Source of the DNA: Octopus vulgaris
Lineage: Eukaryota
Length of the DNA: 64,000 nucleotides
Direction of reading: 5' to 3'
Assembly: GCA_951406725.2 (NCBI GenBank)
Contig: OX597831.1
Span: 12,710,001 to 12,774,000 of the forward strand
The position numbers were made by a program, and so were the translations under genes. This document shows positions 63,881 to 64,000 of this stretch, in pieces; within the stretch, counting starts at the first letter, position 1; every line of letters starts with the position of its first letter. Under the pieces are notes generated by a model. It was not told the origin of the DNA. It did no database searches and saw only the letters and a program-made list of their open reading frames with translations.

Positions 63881-64000
63881 GTATGGAAAAGCAGTATGTG
63901 TATAGGGTGAGAGAGAGAGAGAGAGATGGCTTCTTTCAGTTTCCATCTACTAAATCCATTCACAAGGTTCTGGTCAACCTAGCACTGAAGAAGACACTGG

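Overview
AT-rich, repeat-saturated eukaryotic DNA. The SINE families and microsatellite style look like a coleoid cephalopod, probably Octopus (inferred from pattern recognition, not a database search). Almost all ORFs in the supplied track are microsatellite or SINE translations. Only one host coding exon is reasonably supported: a minus-strand start-codon exon at 2050-2226 (MAEALSNSFTGG...) of a gene that runs off the left edge, with a candidate CpG-rich promoter near 11.1-11.4 kb. The rest is at least four SINE families, 3' fragments of R4/Dong-like, CR1-like and RTE LINEs, fossil DD37D and hAT transposases, Merlin/hAT/piggyBac-type MITEs, two non-autonomous Helitrons, several fold-back hairpins, a ~0.71 kb tandem duplication and long microsatellites. 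The most unusual signal is a set of Penelope-like, hammerhead-ribozyme-core elements, including one at 50.8-51.2 kb that joins a tRNA-type Pol III head to a hammerhead core and an inverted terminal repeat. No rRNA, intact tRNA or CRISPR array was seen. Repeat boundaries were read by eye and are approximate unless a TSD or TIR is quoted.
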